DNA of 63,573 bases, the filler included, from Craspedostauros australis (Eukaryota): the NCBI GenBank assembly GCA_030167865.1. It is 25 parts of 25 records of this genome, joined end to end, with 100 filler letters (N's around TTAATTAATTAA, not from the genome) between each part and the next. Parts side by side here need not be neighbours in the genome. Positions count along the whole stretch, not along the records: positions 1 to 2,111 come from JALAGF010002043.1; positions 2,212 to 5,021 come from JALAGF010002044.1; positions 5,122 to 6,852 come from JALAGF010002045.1; positions 6,953 to 8,116 come from JALAGF010002046.1; positions 8,217 to 11,620 come from JALAGF010002047.1; 20 more parts are not named here. One strand, 5' to 3'. The translations under genes and the position numbers were made by a program. The number at the start of each line of letters is the position of its first letter. Position 1 is the stretch's first letter. Positions 1 to 11,094 of this stretch are shown piece after piece. The notes under the pieces are model-generated. The model did no database searches, was not told the DNA's origin, and worked only from the letters and a program-made list of their open reading frames with translations.

Positions 1-1959
1 GATCTGATCGTGCGTTCCAGCGGCGATGTTGGACAGCAACCAGCAGGTCTGCTGTTTGATGAATTCCTGTGTGATGTCGAATGGTGTGCGGCATGGTGCG
101 TGTGTGATGATGTGACGAGCGGTGTGATTGTGAGTGTGACCATTTGTGTGAGTGTGAGCACGAGTAAATTGTGGTTGGTTTGAAGATCATTGACACAGCG
201 ACAGCCAAAACGACAACAAGGACGACACCAAAAGGCAAAGACGACAGGCAATTCATTGCACTAATCCGCCCGCCGTCATATTGTCACCGTCAGGCAATCG
301 TTGCCATTTCAGTTCAGCGAGAGCATTGTTGGACACTTACCTGTGGGCGTTCCAGCAGCATCTTGGCATGCTTCAGAACTCCCGCATTCAGCACCGTTTG
401 CGTCTGCATGTCGTTGCCTGTGACGAAGTTACCCAAGCATTGGACAGTTGGTGCGACGATTGCCGACGACGGATGCTCCAACAGTCCCACGAGTGCGTGC
501 GTGATGCCGCTGTCCATCACCTTCTGGATGCTTCCGTCTTCGCCGCCGCTGATGTACGACAGGCCCCAGATGGCGTGCACCTTCACGTCCTTCTTGCATT
601 CTATGTCCTTCTTGCATTCTATGCCAACAAGCAGGCATGTCAATGGCTTGATGACTTCTTGAATGATCTCCAGGCTTGGTGCTGGCTTTCCACTGCAGAG
701 CTTGGAGATGGCCCAAGTCACGCTGGCCAAGAGCGACAAGTTAGCTGGAAAATAGATGTTTCGGATCATCGGCGTGAGGACTTGCTGCTGCAAGAGGGAG
801 TCTCTGTCGGCTGGGTTGTTGCCAGCAATGTTGCCGAGCGCCCGAAAGCACTGTTCGCGGATGTCGGCGTTGGCGTTGCCCATGTGCTTGATGAGGGATG
901 AGACAACGCCGCTCTGCACAGCGATGTTGGTATGGTGAGTGGAACTGCAAGGTGGAGATCATCGTGATCGTCATCGTGATCGTCATCGATATCGTCGTTG
1001 CATTTTGTATGTGGTGGTGATTGTTGCAGCGGTTGCGAGTATCATCGTTGCCATCGCGGGAAAAGAGAAGATGAAGTGAGATTGATTGCGAAATGTCATA
1101 AGAGTCAGGACAAATGGAGAGAGACATCAATATCCACTCTCCATCATGAGCGCGTGGTCGGATCGTCGTTCATTGAACATCCATCGCGTGCATCCGAGCA
1201 TGCGAAATGAGAATGGAGGTGCACGTCCATTCTGCTTCGAGCCATCATGCTCGCACATTGCGCCGTCGTCAATAATATCCCTACTTACGTGATGTCCGCC
1301 AACGCCCACGCGGTTTCGAACACGAGATCAGCCGGTGCTTCGTCGTCGCTCATGTACTGCACGAGGAGCTTCATGGCTCCAGACTCCACCACCTGATGCA
1401 CTGGCGGGTTGTGCTCCACCGATAGCATTCGACAGATATTTTTGACGCACTGGATTCTGTTTTGTTCCGTGCAGCCTGGATTGCGGAGAGATGTCATGAT
1501 CTGTGGCAAGCCAGCGACAGTTGGTGTCGTCGCAACTGCGCCGGTCGATTCCATGGTTGCGGGTTGCGATGCGGACGCGGCTGGGGTGCGTGTGCGGCGC
1601 TTGCTCATCTTGTCCTCCTTCTTCTGCTTGCGCAGCATGGTTCTTGTTTCCCGTCGACGGCGACTTTCCGCCAGGTTAGCTCTTGCTACCTTGATAGCCT
1701 TGCGTTGGTCTGCGCCATCGTCGTTGTCATCAGTTGGTTGGTTGGTTGGTTTGATTGTTTGTTTGTTTGATCGTTGATGCGAAAGGGATGGAAAGTGTGA
1801 GAAGGGCTTGCTTATCAGTTGTTCATCTTCCTGGATTGATTGTTCGATCGTTGCGTTGTTCAAAATGAGGAGCGTTCATCACACAGATGCTTGTTGCCAT
1901 TCCAACAGACAGTAGCAAACGCAAAGACACACATACATACCTGCGCGTGCTGAGATCAT
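1..1959 (-). CDS. Importin subunit alpha-like protein, spliced, 3' partial. Proposed exons: 1959-1941, 1709-1289, 944-341, 66-1
   Basis: IBB-like motif ESRRRRE...LRKQKKEDKMSKRR. ARM motifs CRMLSVEHNPPV, FETAWAL, ALGNIAG, WGLSYIS, CLGNFVTGNDMQTQ, CWLLSNIAAGTHDQI. Donors GTATG (1940), GTAAG (1288), GTAAG (340) and CAG acceptors (1710, 945, 67) keep the frame. The first exon is least certain. Confidence 0.9.
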
Positions 1960-2044
1960 GGTGGCTAGTGTTGTTGTTGTTGTTGCTGCTGCTGCCGCTG
2001 CTGGTTGTGGGCGAGTGAGAATGTGGGGGATGAGATTCTCTCTG

Positions 2045-2111
2045 TTTTGTGGTTCTGGACTTTGTGGTTCTGGACTTTGTGGTTCTTGACTTTGTGGTTC
2101 TTGACTTTGTG
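2045..2111. repeat. 15-bp tandem repeat (TTTGTGGTTCT[G/T]GAC), about 4.5 copies, running to the contig end
   Basis: Read directly. Confidence 0.9.
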
Positions 2112-2211
2112 NNNNNNNNNNNNNNNNNNNNNNNNNNNNNNNNNNNNNNNNNNNNTTAATTAATTAANNNNNNNNNNNNNNNNNNNNNNNNNNNNNNNNN
2201 NNNNNNNNNNN
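2112..2211. other. Artificial contig linker N-TTAATTAATTAA-N. It recurs 24 times, starting at 2112, 5022, 6853, 8117, 11621, 15116, 16227, 17883, 21776, 23113, 24385, 26136, 34125, 36417, 39642, 44117, 45270, 46922, 48140, 50435, 52909, 54042, 55615 and 57191
   Basis: Identical 100-nt N-padded spacer with stops in all six frames. Confidence 0.99.
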
Positions 2212-2254
2212 ATGGCACACACAACATACTACACAGCACACTACACAACACACT

Positions 2255-2560
2255 CACACTCACCCTCGCACTCAAACACACACTCACTCACACACACACT
2301 AACCCTCGCACTCAAACACACACTCAAACACACACACACACTAACCCTCGCACTCAGACACACACTCAAACACGCACACACACTAACCCTCGCACTCAGA
2401 CACACACACACACTAACCCTCGCACTCAGACACACACACACACTAACCCTCGCACTCAGACACACACTCACACTCGCACTCAGACACACACTCACACTCA
2501 GACACACACACACACTAACCCTCGCACTCAGACACACACTCACACTCACACAGTCACAGC
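2255..2560 (+). repeat. CA-rich minisatellite with unit of about 30 bp (CTAACCCTCGCACTCAGACACACACACACA) embedding a telomere-like CTAACCCT
   Basis: About 6 copies with CTAACCCT plus degenerate ones. Same sequence reverse-complemented at about 5580-5885. Confidence 0.9.
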
Positions 2561-3001
2561 GAACAACACACAACGACTGTACACACACTACACACTCACA
2601 CTACACACTCACACTACACACTCACACACTCGCACAACACACAACGAACAACGTACAGACCAATGACTGTACACACACTACACAACACCCAAACGGACGA
2701 AGGGCAGACCAATTATCCACAACCCAATCCACTACGGACGACGTACGGACGGTAATGTACCACCCAATTCACCATTTCCCGCAACTCCCAAATGTACAAC
2801 CCAATGCCCATGTCCCACAGCTCCCAAAATACCCCTAACAACACCAAAATAGTGACAAACTTCAACACCCCACAGCTCGCTCAATATCCATCCGTTGACA
2901 AAAGCGAGCGTCACTACAGCCACCCAAGAGCCCACTCCACACCATCGCAACCAAAAGAGCCAAAAATATCATCCTTGACTTTCAGAGGTTCCGGCTTTTA
3001 T

Positions 3002-3033
3002 AAACCCTAACCCTAACCCTAACCCTAACCCTA
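3002..3033 (+). repeat. Interstitial telomeric tract AA(CCCTAA)5. Shorter same-orientation tracts at about 3069-3077 and 4058-4072
   Basis: Read directly: taaaccctaaccctaaccctaaccctaaccctaag. Confidence 0.95.
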
Positions 3034-3092
3034 AGTAGCCGCAATAGTGTCCACAGGTGCAACCAATCAAACCCTAATGTACGAGGATTTAA

Positions 3093-3304
3093 CACGGTGA
3101 CGTACGACGGCCAGACCGAACTTTGGGTCGATTGACGGACGAAGTACAGACGTTTGTATGGGCGCGCAATACATACGGTCGACGTACGGACGTTTTTGTA
3201 TGGAAAATGTCGATGATCCGTAACTCCCCGAAAGTGCGGGCGAATGTTCATCATCCGTAACTCCCAAACAACACGAGATACTACGAGCCACGCGATACAC
3301 CGTG
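3093..3304. mobile_element. Putative 212-bp MITE with CACGGTG/CACCGTG termini between TTAA sites
   Basis: TTAA(3089-3092)CACGGTG...CACCGTG TTAA(3305-3308). Internal direct repeat ATCCGTAACTCCC. The inverted repeat is short. Confidence 0.5.
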
Positions 3305-3639
3305 TTAAACATGTACAGCACACTACACCATGATGAACACATGCTCACGTACATCTATGTGTACACACACACGCAACGTGTCCATACGTACACGTCAATA
3401 CTTCTACCATCTTCAACGGACCACTACAAGGTGAGATATTGATGTTCAAAGTACTCAACATCAACCAGTACTTGCAATACACAGTGTCATGTACATGTAT
3501 GCACACACACATGTTCACCGTGACCATACGCACATGTGACAACAAGAACGACACTGTGAATCGACTTGGTGATGGAGATAGTGATGCCTGAGTACAACAC
3601 AAACAACATGTGATACCACGTGCAACCACGTTAATGTGA

Positions 3640-3720
3640 GATGAACATCGTCAATGGCAGATGAACATTGTCAATGGCAAATGAACTATCTGTCAACATC
3701 AAATGAACTATTGTNAACAC
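3640..3720. repeat. Degenerate 20-22 bp tandem repeat (ATGAACATTGTCAATGGCA-like), 4 copies
   Basis: Read directly. Confidence 0.75.
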
Positions 3721-4434
3721 ATTCCAACTACAGGAGGATGGCACAAGTCCCATGAAATGGCTGACTTGTGGGGGAGGAGGGGGAAGTCAACACCATCAAC
3801 TGTGATACTCACACATCCACGTGCTCACACACACACACACCACAACACACATGATAACACAGTATGCCACATGTGACTATGACACTGCACACCATGACAC
3901 ATAATATCACATGACAATCCAGGACACAACTCGTTCAATGGTGACACATGACAGTGCATGGATACATGTCAGTTGCTGTGATCACCAGTCTTCGATTGAG
4001 TTGAAATGTCACTTTTTGAAATAACACGGTGGGCCAATTAAGCTTACAGGTTACTGTAAACCCTAACCCTAATCTGCTTGTCCAACCGTTTCTATGCTAC
4101 ACCACCTCCATGTGATGGGTGGTACTATTGGGGGAATCAAGAAGTGCCCAAAAACAGTTTGGAATGGGTCATCGATATCCAGTGCAAACTGGTGGACTGA
4201 TTTGATGTTGGAAGGCAGAAGCCACACTTGTGATAGCATTCGCTACATGAGGGCCAACACCCATACACCAAATCATAGTCTGTGCATGACATCAAACCAA
4301 TACTTAACGAGCATGGATTGCCATGGTTGTACATGCAAGCATGCTCAACAACCATCCCAATAGCACTCATTTGACAATGTGATGAACACTACTACTCAAA
4401 CCTGCATTCCTCATTGTACCCCTCTCTTCTTACG

Positions 4435-5021
4435 GACAATGACAGACAGCGTTCAACTCAAAGGCCATGATTGCTGCACCTCCCAAGATTATTCATCACA
4501 TGTCTGGAGACTATTCATCACACTTTTGGACATTATTCATCACATGATTGTCCACTATCCATCACACATTCGAGTCCTACTCGTCACACTCGTGAACCAG
4601 GACAAACAGCCCGTCCTCATGAATCAAGAACAACCATGACGACGCTCAACAGGATGTCCTGACGCTAACCCAAACAAGACAATGACGCAAACAACGGCGT
4701 CAGCAGGGCAGTGGACAAGAGCTTCGTCCCATCTGGGAGGACAGCATGCGCCCCTCCTACGGACAAAAACAACTGCAGGTTTGGAACTTCAGAAAGGGTC
4801 ACTACGACCGCAGGTTTGGGACATCACCGAAGGTGACACCAATTGTAAACAAGTGGAAACGAGATGTCACGAGGTAAAGAGCTGAAATATATGACAAGAT
4901 AGCATGCATGGCTGCAGACCCCTACCACACATATGCAGAAGGGTACAAGTGTGCAGATGCGGACGATGAAGCATCAGGATGAGGGCATGATAGAAGGTGC
5001 AGGAGGATGCATGAGCAAGAC
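4435..5021. mobile_element. LTR family B, decayed partial copy, opposite orientation to 40851-41617
   Basis: Shares GATTGCYGCACCTCCCAA, TTATTCRTCACA repeats, GCGCCCCTCCTACGGACAA and GCAGGTTTGGAAC with the reverse complement of about 41080-41600. Confidence 0.75.
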
Positions 5022-5121
5022 NNNNNNNNNNNNNNNNNNNNNNNNNNNNNNNNNNNNNNNNNNNNTTAATTAATTAANNNNNNNNNNNNNNNNNNNNNNN
5101 NNNNNNNNNNNNNNNNNNNNN

Positions 5122-6852
5122 GTTAGGGTTAGGGTTTATAAAAGCCGGAACCTCTGAAAGTCAAGGATGATATTTTTGGCTCTTTTGGTTGCGATGGTGT
5201 GGAGTGGGCTCTTGGGTGGCTGTAGTGACGCTCGCTTTTGTCAACGGATGGATATTGAGCGAGCTGTGGGGTGTTGAAGTTTGTCACTATTTTGGTGTTG
5301 TTAGGGGTATTTTGGGAGCTGTGGGACATGGGCATTGGGTTGTACATTTGGGAGTTGCGGGAAATGGTGAATTGGGTGGTACATTACCGTCCGTACGTCG
5401 TCCGTAGTGGATTGGGTTGTGGATAATTGGTCTGCCCTTCGTCCGTTTGGGTGTTGTGTAGTGTGTGTACAGTCATTGGTCTGTACGTTGTTCGTTGTGT
5501 GTTGTGCGAGTGTGTGAGTGTGTAGTGTGAGTGTGTAGTGTGAGTGTGTAGTGTGTGTACAGTCGTTGTGTGTTGTTCGCTGTGACTGTGTGAGTGTGAG
5601 TGTGTGTCTGAGTGCGAGGGTTAGTGTGTGTGTGTGTCTGAGTGTGAGTGTGTGTCTGAGTGCGAGTGTGAGTGTGTGTCTGAGTGCGAGGGTTAGTGTG
5701 TGTGTGTGTCTGAGTGCGAGGGTTAGTGTGTGTGTGTGTCTGAGTGCGAGGGTTAGTGTGTGTGCGTGTTTGAGTGTGTGTCTGAGTGCGAGGGTTAGTG
5801 TGTGTGTGTGTTTGAGTGTGTGTTTGAGTGCGAGGGTTAGTGTGTGTGTGAGTGAGTGTGTGTTTGAGTGCGAGGGTGAGTGTGAGTGTGTTGTGTAGTG
5901 TGCTGTGTAGTATGTTGTGTGTGCCATTGCTGCTCATGTGTATCTTGGGTGTGGTAATGTCCTTGTACTATGGTTTATGGTGCATTGGCATGTTGTGTGA
6001 TCAAGTTTTGGCTTTGTGGGCATTGTTCGGGCACTTGTGTGTGCGTGTTTTTGCTGCCAGTGTGTTGGGGGCTATTAGCAACATTCTTTTGGGGGTTGTT
6101 GTGCATTGGGTGTAGTGAGCTGTATCTTGATGTATGATTGGTGCTGTCAAGTGTTAGGGTGATGCTTTTGTGTCCTGGATTATCATGCTTTGGCCTGTAG
6201 TGAGCAGTGTCTTAGTGTATGATGGGTCCTGGAAATTGCTTTGGTTTTGTGTGTTTGGTTATCATGCATGGGTGTGTAGTGAGCAGTTGGTGACATGTTG
6301 TGTCATGGCCTTGTCTCTGTGCATGCTTTGTGTGTCTTGTGTGCCTTTGCTACTCGTGTATTGAGGGTTATGGGTTATTAGTGATGCTGTATCTTGGGTT
6401 TTTGTGCATTTCCTTGTTGTGAGCAGTGTGTGAACAGTGTATGGGCAGTGTGTTGTGATTTGGCCATTCAAGCTTGTAGGGAACCGTGTGATCAGTGTGT
6501 GTGCACTGTCTGTGTGCTGTCTGTGTGTGTGTGTTGGCCAGTGAGTGAGGGGCTGGAAGTGACTGCAAGTGTGATCCAACATGGTCCATCTTTGAGTCTG
6601 ATAATGAGTATCATGGAGTAGCCAACCGCATGTGCCACACGTGTATCATGTCATGAGTGTTATGGGGTGTGTATGAACGTTGTTGGATGTGTGATTACCG
6701 CAATAGGCAGTGGTGAGAGACTATCCGGAAATGTGTGCAAGTGTGGGATGTTGGGGTGTTGGGGTTTTGTGATCCAACATGGTCCACTTTGGAGTGTGAC
6801 AACGAGCATCATGGAGTATCCGACCGCATGTGATACACTTGGTCCATGTCAA
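5122..6852 (-). repeat. GT-rich repeat contig. 5122-5927 is the reverse complement of 2212-3017 and starts inside the TTAGGG tract. A direct repeat of about 73 bp lies at about 6570 and 6769
   Basis: Identical ORF-track translations on opposite strands. GTGATCCAACATGGTCCA...CATGGAGTA...ACCGCATGTG occurs twice. Confidence 0.9.
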
Positions 6853-6952
6853 NNNNNNNNNNNNNNNNNNNNNNNNNNNNNNNNNNNNNNNNNNNNTTAA
6901 TTAATTAANNNNNNNNNNNNNNNNNNNNNNNNNNNNNNNNNNNNNNNNNNNN

Positions 6953-8116
6953 ACTTCCAGTCTTCTCGAAGAGTATCAGGGAGAAACGATCGTATTCGAC
7001 AAGTCCTCCTGCAAACTCAGCGGAATCCTGGGAAGCAACGATCGCAATGCAATCGTAGCGAACTACAAGAAATCCACAAGGTTGCCAACATCCGTTGGCT
7101 ACAGCGCCGACAACATTCATGATGTGCCAGCTGCACTAACGTCCATCGTCTCTACCGTATCGGACCACAATGTGAATCTCACCCAACCGCAAAAGGAACT
7201 TCTTCGATGGCACTATCGTCTAGGACACTTATCCTTCAGTCGAGTGAAGTTCCTGCTGCGTTCGGGTGCACTCACTGGGTCAGAATCGTCTAGAAAGATG
7301 CACACAGCTGCNNNNNNNNNNNNNNNNNNNNNNNNNNNNNNNNNNNNNNNNNNNNNNNNNNNNNNNNNNNNNNNNNNNNNNNNNNNNNNNNNNNNNNNNN
7401 NNNNNNNNNNNNNNNNNNNNNNNNNNNNNNNNNNNNNNNNNNNNNNNNNNNNNNNNNNNNNNNNNNNNNNNNNCGGTCGAACACCAGGACGCCTCTTCTC
7501 AGGACGAGGCAAAGGTGATCCAAACGAAATGTACAAAGGCGGAGCCATCTTCGTCGATCACGCCTCCGGATACATTCATGTGGAACCAGTAGCAGCGCTG
7601 ACCACGCACGCTACCCTCGAAGCCAAGGAACGGTTCGAACTGATGTGCCGAGATGTGGGAGTTCCCGTGCGATCCTATCTATCGGATAACGCAACTACCT
7701 TCACCTCACCCGAATATTCCAAGCACCTTGAGATATTCCATCAAGTCCATCGATTCGCAGGTGTCGGCGCACATCATCACAACGGAATCGCCGAGCGCAG
7801 TATTCGAACAATTGTCTCAATGGCTCGAACCATGATGATGCACCAAAGCATCCATTGGCCAACCATATTTGACGCTCAACTGTGGCCAATGGCCGTAGTG
7901 CACGCAGCGTACATCTACAATCGCGTGCCTAACCCCGCCACAGGCCTCACACCTTACGATGTTCTTTCACGCATTCGTCTCCCCCTCAAGCAACTTCATA
8001 ACCTGCACGTATGGGGCAGCCCAGTCTATGTCCTTAACAAAGCACTGGCCGACGGACGAAAGATACCTCGATGGGAACCAAGAGGAGAAAGATACGTGAA
8101 CATGGGTCTATCCACG
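6953..8116 (+). mobile_element. Ty1/Copia (CoDi-like) pol fragment: gag-pre-integrase and integrase core
   Basis: LLRWHYRLGHLSF, GGAIFVDHASGYIHV, YLSDNA, GVGAHHHNGIAERSIR, LHVWGSPVYVL, RWEPRG. Confidence 0.93.
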
Positions 8117-8217
8117 NNNNNNNNNNNNNNNNNNNNNNNNNNNNNNNNNNNNNNNNNNNNTTAATTAATTAANNNNNNNNNNNNNNNNNNNNNNNNNNNN
8201 NNNNNNNNNNNNNNNNC

Positions 8218-8766
8218 GAGAAGTTTTCCTATTTGGTGGTCCAAAAGCGGCTGGCGAACAAGGGCGCGAAGACTGCAACGAATGCGCGCCATGGCAATGA
8301 CAATGACGATGATGATGCTGTCCAGCATCACGAAAGCAAGATGGAGAATGCCACCAAGATCCTTGCCAACTTGCACCGGGGCGCGAAAGATCAACACATC
8401 CCGACGTTGGAGAAGTACTATCAGCAGGCGATCGATTTGGAAGAGGAATTTGTGGAGGTGGACGATGACGAGTTGGGATTGGANNNNNNNNNNNNNNNNN
8501 NNNNNNNNNNNNNNNNNNNNNNNNNNNNNNNNNNNNNNNNNNNNNNNNNNNNNCATGTGTACATTGACTACTGCGCTGCTCCGGGACGCATCATCCGTGG
8601 TCGGGTCACGAAGAGCATGAACGACTACGCGCCAGGCATCTACGCGTCCGCGCGCAAGAGCAGGTGGGGTGGATACTGGCCAGACACCATGGAGAAGGTA
8701 TTCTCCCAAGAACAGAAGCAGCAACAAGATGAAGATGAACGGAGTACGAGCCAGTCGTGCAAGTGA
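8218..8766 (+). CDS. Mitochondrial Rsm22/METTL17 family protein, C-terminal part (haplotype A, internal N gap)
   Basis: EKFSYLVVQK; HVYIDYC...GRIIRGRVTKS; YASARKSRWGGYWP. Confidence 0.8.
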   Translation, partial: EKFSYLVVQKRLANKGAKTATNARHGNDNDDDDAVQHHESKMENATKILANLHRGAKDQHIPTLEKYYQQAIDLEEEFVEVDDDELGLXXXXXXXXXXXXXXXXXXXXXXXXHVYIDYCAAPGRIIRGRVTKSMNDYAPGIYASARKSRWGGYWPDTMEKVFSQEQKQQQDEDERSTSQSCK

Positions 8767-8844
8767 GAAACGCTTGTACGAGCAAGAGTATTGGGAGAAT
8801 ATGGTAGTCTATCTGCACTTGGACGACTTAAGTTCAACATGGCA

Positions 8845-11094
8845 TCATGGCATGTGAAGCGCAGTGACCCCTTCGTTGTTTTTGAGATCAATCTTGATGT
8901 CAGTTCCATCCAGTTCTAACAAATATTCAGAAATGTTGGCGTAGCCCTTTGCGCAAGCAATGTGCAGCGGCGTGTTGCCGTCATTGTTTTGGATGTTGAA
9001 GTCCCAGTGATCTTGTTTGTGTTTCGATAGAGCCCTGACAATGCCAATGTCTCCACGTTCACAAGCAACATGAAGCGCAGTGTCGCCGTTGGCGTTTTGA
9101 ATGTTCACCCTGACAGTCCTTGGGAACAGTTTCATGGTTTCGTCAACTTCTATCTCGTCGCAAATGCGCAAGAGAACATGAAGCGCCGTGTCTCCCTTCT
9201 TGTTTTGCAGGTTGAAGTTAATGCTTGCACGATTCTTGGATATCAGAGATTCGAGTCCTCTGTTATCGATCTTGTTCCAAAATGTCTCTGTGTGGAACGG
9301 CGCATCATCGTCGGTGAATGGTATGCTTGGGTCAATGTTCCCACCGCAGGACTCCTTCAAAAAGTCTCTGAAATCTTCCCGGTCGAGGCGCTGTAAGGCA
9401 ATATGAAACGGGGTCTCACCTTGGTGGTTCCGCAAGTTGAAGTCGAATCTGTCCCGACCTCCTCTGAGCAAACACCAGATCCCAGTGCCATAATATCTCC
9501 GAACCGCAATATGAAGCGGAGTGTCGCCATCGTTGTTTTGGATGTTCACGTCGACATGTGACTCCTTGAGAGAAACGATAGCGTAAGCAATATCTGCGCG
9601 ATAACCCCGATGTTCGCAAGCAAGATGGAGCGGGGCGTTCCCTTCGTTGTTTCGGATGTTCCAGTCGATGTTGCCCTTGGACGCTTCCAGCAACTCATGG
9701 AAGGTATCTTCACACTTACGTCTGCATGCGACATGAACAGGAGTATCGCCCTTGTTGTTTTGGATGTTAAAGTCAATCGCGTTTGCGTATGTGGACAGCA
9801 AGAGATCGTCGGAGTAGTGCGTTCCAATCTGTAAGGCAAGATGCATAGGAGTGTCGCCGTCGTTGTTTCGAACATTGACATCCAGTAAGCCTTTGCTTGA
9901 TGCAAGCAAAGCTTCGAGTTGCCGCGATCTATCCTTTCCACAGGCATAGTGAAGGGCTGTATTTCCATCATTGTCTTGGATGTTGACGTCAATCACGTCG
10001 TTGCGATGTTCCAACAATGAAGACAGAATGGATTCGCCGCCGTACCAGCATGCTAGGTGGAGCACTGTTCCGCCTCCATTGTCTTTCAGGTTGACGCTAT
10101 CGTTGAATTGGTCAAACTTCTGAAGGTGTTCCATCGCATCCAAAGAATCAGAGTACACGACTTGGTGAAGCGGAGTTTGTCCGTAATTGTTTTGGATCTT
10201 GATGCTGGAGTCCGCTGGATCCGACTCTACCATGCACTTCACCATGGTACTCATTTTCCCGTGGCAGGCAACGTGCAACGCAGTCTCCTCTTGCGTATTC
10301 CTGGCGCTGAAATCGAGACTGACTCTCTCAGCCTCGATCAGCCACTTGAAAACATCCACATGGCCACCCCGGCAAGCATGATGAAACGCTGTGTCGTTGT
10401 TTCGTCCGCTTCTTTCATTCACATCAATATCCAATTGCTCTGTTTCAATCAAGTATTTCACCAAGTCCACATGGCCATGACTGCAAGCAGCATGAAAAGG
10501 GGACAACGCATCTTCGCCATGCAGGTTGACATCCACATGGAACGCGCCCGATTCAGTCAAGTACTCAACAATCTCTTGCCATCCAAGTGCGCAGGCACAT
10601 CCGAATGGAGTCTCACCAGCTTTGTTCATCACGTTGATGTCAATGGTGTCATCGTGTGACTCAACCAAGAATCTCACCATGTCCATGCTCCCGCGGCGAC
10701 ATGCAAGATGCAGAGCTGTGTCACCATTCGCGCCTTGCGAGTTGATATCCATATTGAAGCGGGCTGATTTGGCCAGATACTGAGCCACACTAGTGTGCCC
10801 CATCGCACAAACGACTTGCCATGGTGTTTGGCCATTTGTATTCTTGATGGTGAAGTCGATGCTCTCTGGAATGGACTCAACCAAGTGCTCAACCACGCCC
10901 AAGTGCCCCTCCATGCAAGCGAGATGAAATGGGGTATTGCCTTGTTCGTCTTTGGTGATTATGCTGCCGTTGTGTTGGTCAGCCGGGACCAGGAGCCGGA
11001 CTCTGTCCAGTTTGCCTGATCGGCAAGCATTGTGAAGGACAGAAAAGGCACGAGCCCATCGACCCAGTGGAAACGACATGATGATGAGGAACAC
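8845..11094 (-). CDS. Ankyrin-repeat protein of about 749 aa, roughly 20 repeats (version A). Start uncertain; possible upstream exon at about 11292-11520
   Basis: Recurrent N..G[DN]T[PA]LH.AC motifs over one long ORF. Confidence 0.92.
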   Translation of the reverse strand: MFLIIMSFPLGRWARAFSVLHNACRSGKLDRVRLLVPADQHNGSIITKDEQGNTPFHLACMEGHLGVVEHLVESIPESIDFTIKNTNGQTPWQVVCAMGHTSVAQYLAKSARFNMDINSQGANGDTALHLACRRGSMDMVRFLVESHDDTIDINVMNKAGETPFGCACALGWQEIVEYLTESGAFHVDVNLHGEDALSPFHAACSHGHVDLVKYLIETEQLDIDVNERSGRNNDTAFHHACRGGHVDVFKWLIEAERVSLDFSARNTQEETALHVACHGKMSTMVKCMVESDPADSSIKIQNNYGQTPLHQVVYSDSLDAMEHLQKFDQFNDSVNLKDNGGGTVLHLACWYGGESILSSLLEHRNDVIDVNIQDNDGNTALHYACGKDRSRQLEALLASSKGLLDVNVRNNDGDTPMHLALQIGTHYSDDLLLSTYANAIDFNIQNNKGDTPVHVACRRKCEDTFHELLEASKGNIDWNIRNNEGNAPLHLACEHRGYRADIAYAIVSLKESHVDVNIQNNDGDTPLHIAVRRYYGTGIWCLLRGGRDRFDFNLRNHQGETPFHIALQRLDREDFRDFLKESCGGNIDPSIPFTDDDAPFHTETFWNKIDNRGLESLISKNRASINFNLQNKKGDTALHVLLRICDEIEVDETMKLFPRTVRVNIQNANGDTALHVACERGDIGIVRALSKHKQDHWDFNIQNNDGNTPLHIACAKGYANISEYLLELDGTDIKIDLKNNEGVTALHMP

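Noticed and set aside
2156..2167. Recurrent TTAATTAATTAA as a biological repeat or insertion site
   Set aside because: Always centred in a 100-nt N spacer. It is an artificial linker, so gene neighbourhoods across it mean nothing.
2212..2838. His/Thr-rich 208-aa ORF and its Val/Cys-rich antisense ORFs
   Set aside because: Translation of a CA minisatellite
4058..4072. Telomerase RNA template
   Set aside because: No supporting promoter or structure seen; more simply another short telomeric tract
5122..5135. True chromosome end
   Set aside because: Orientation is wrong for a telomere at a contig start, and the other contig shows sequence continuing beyond the tract
2212..5927. 806-bp inverted repeat (2212-3017 vs 5122-5927) as TIRs or a hairpin
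   Set aside because: The copies lie on different contigs and end at contig edges; redundant overlap in opposite orientation
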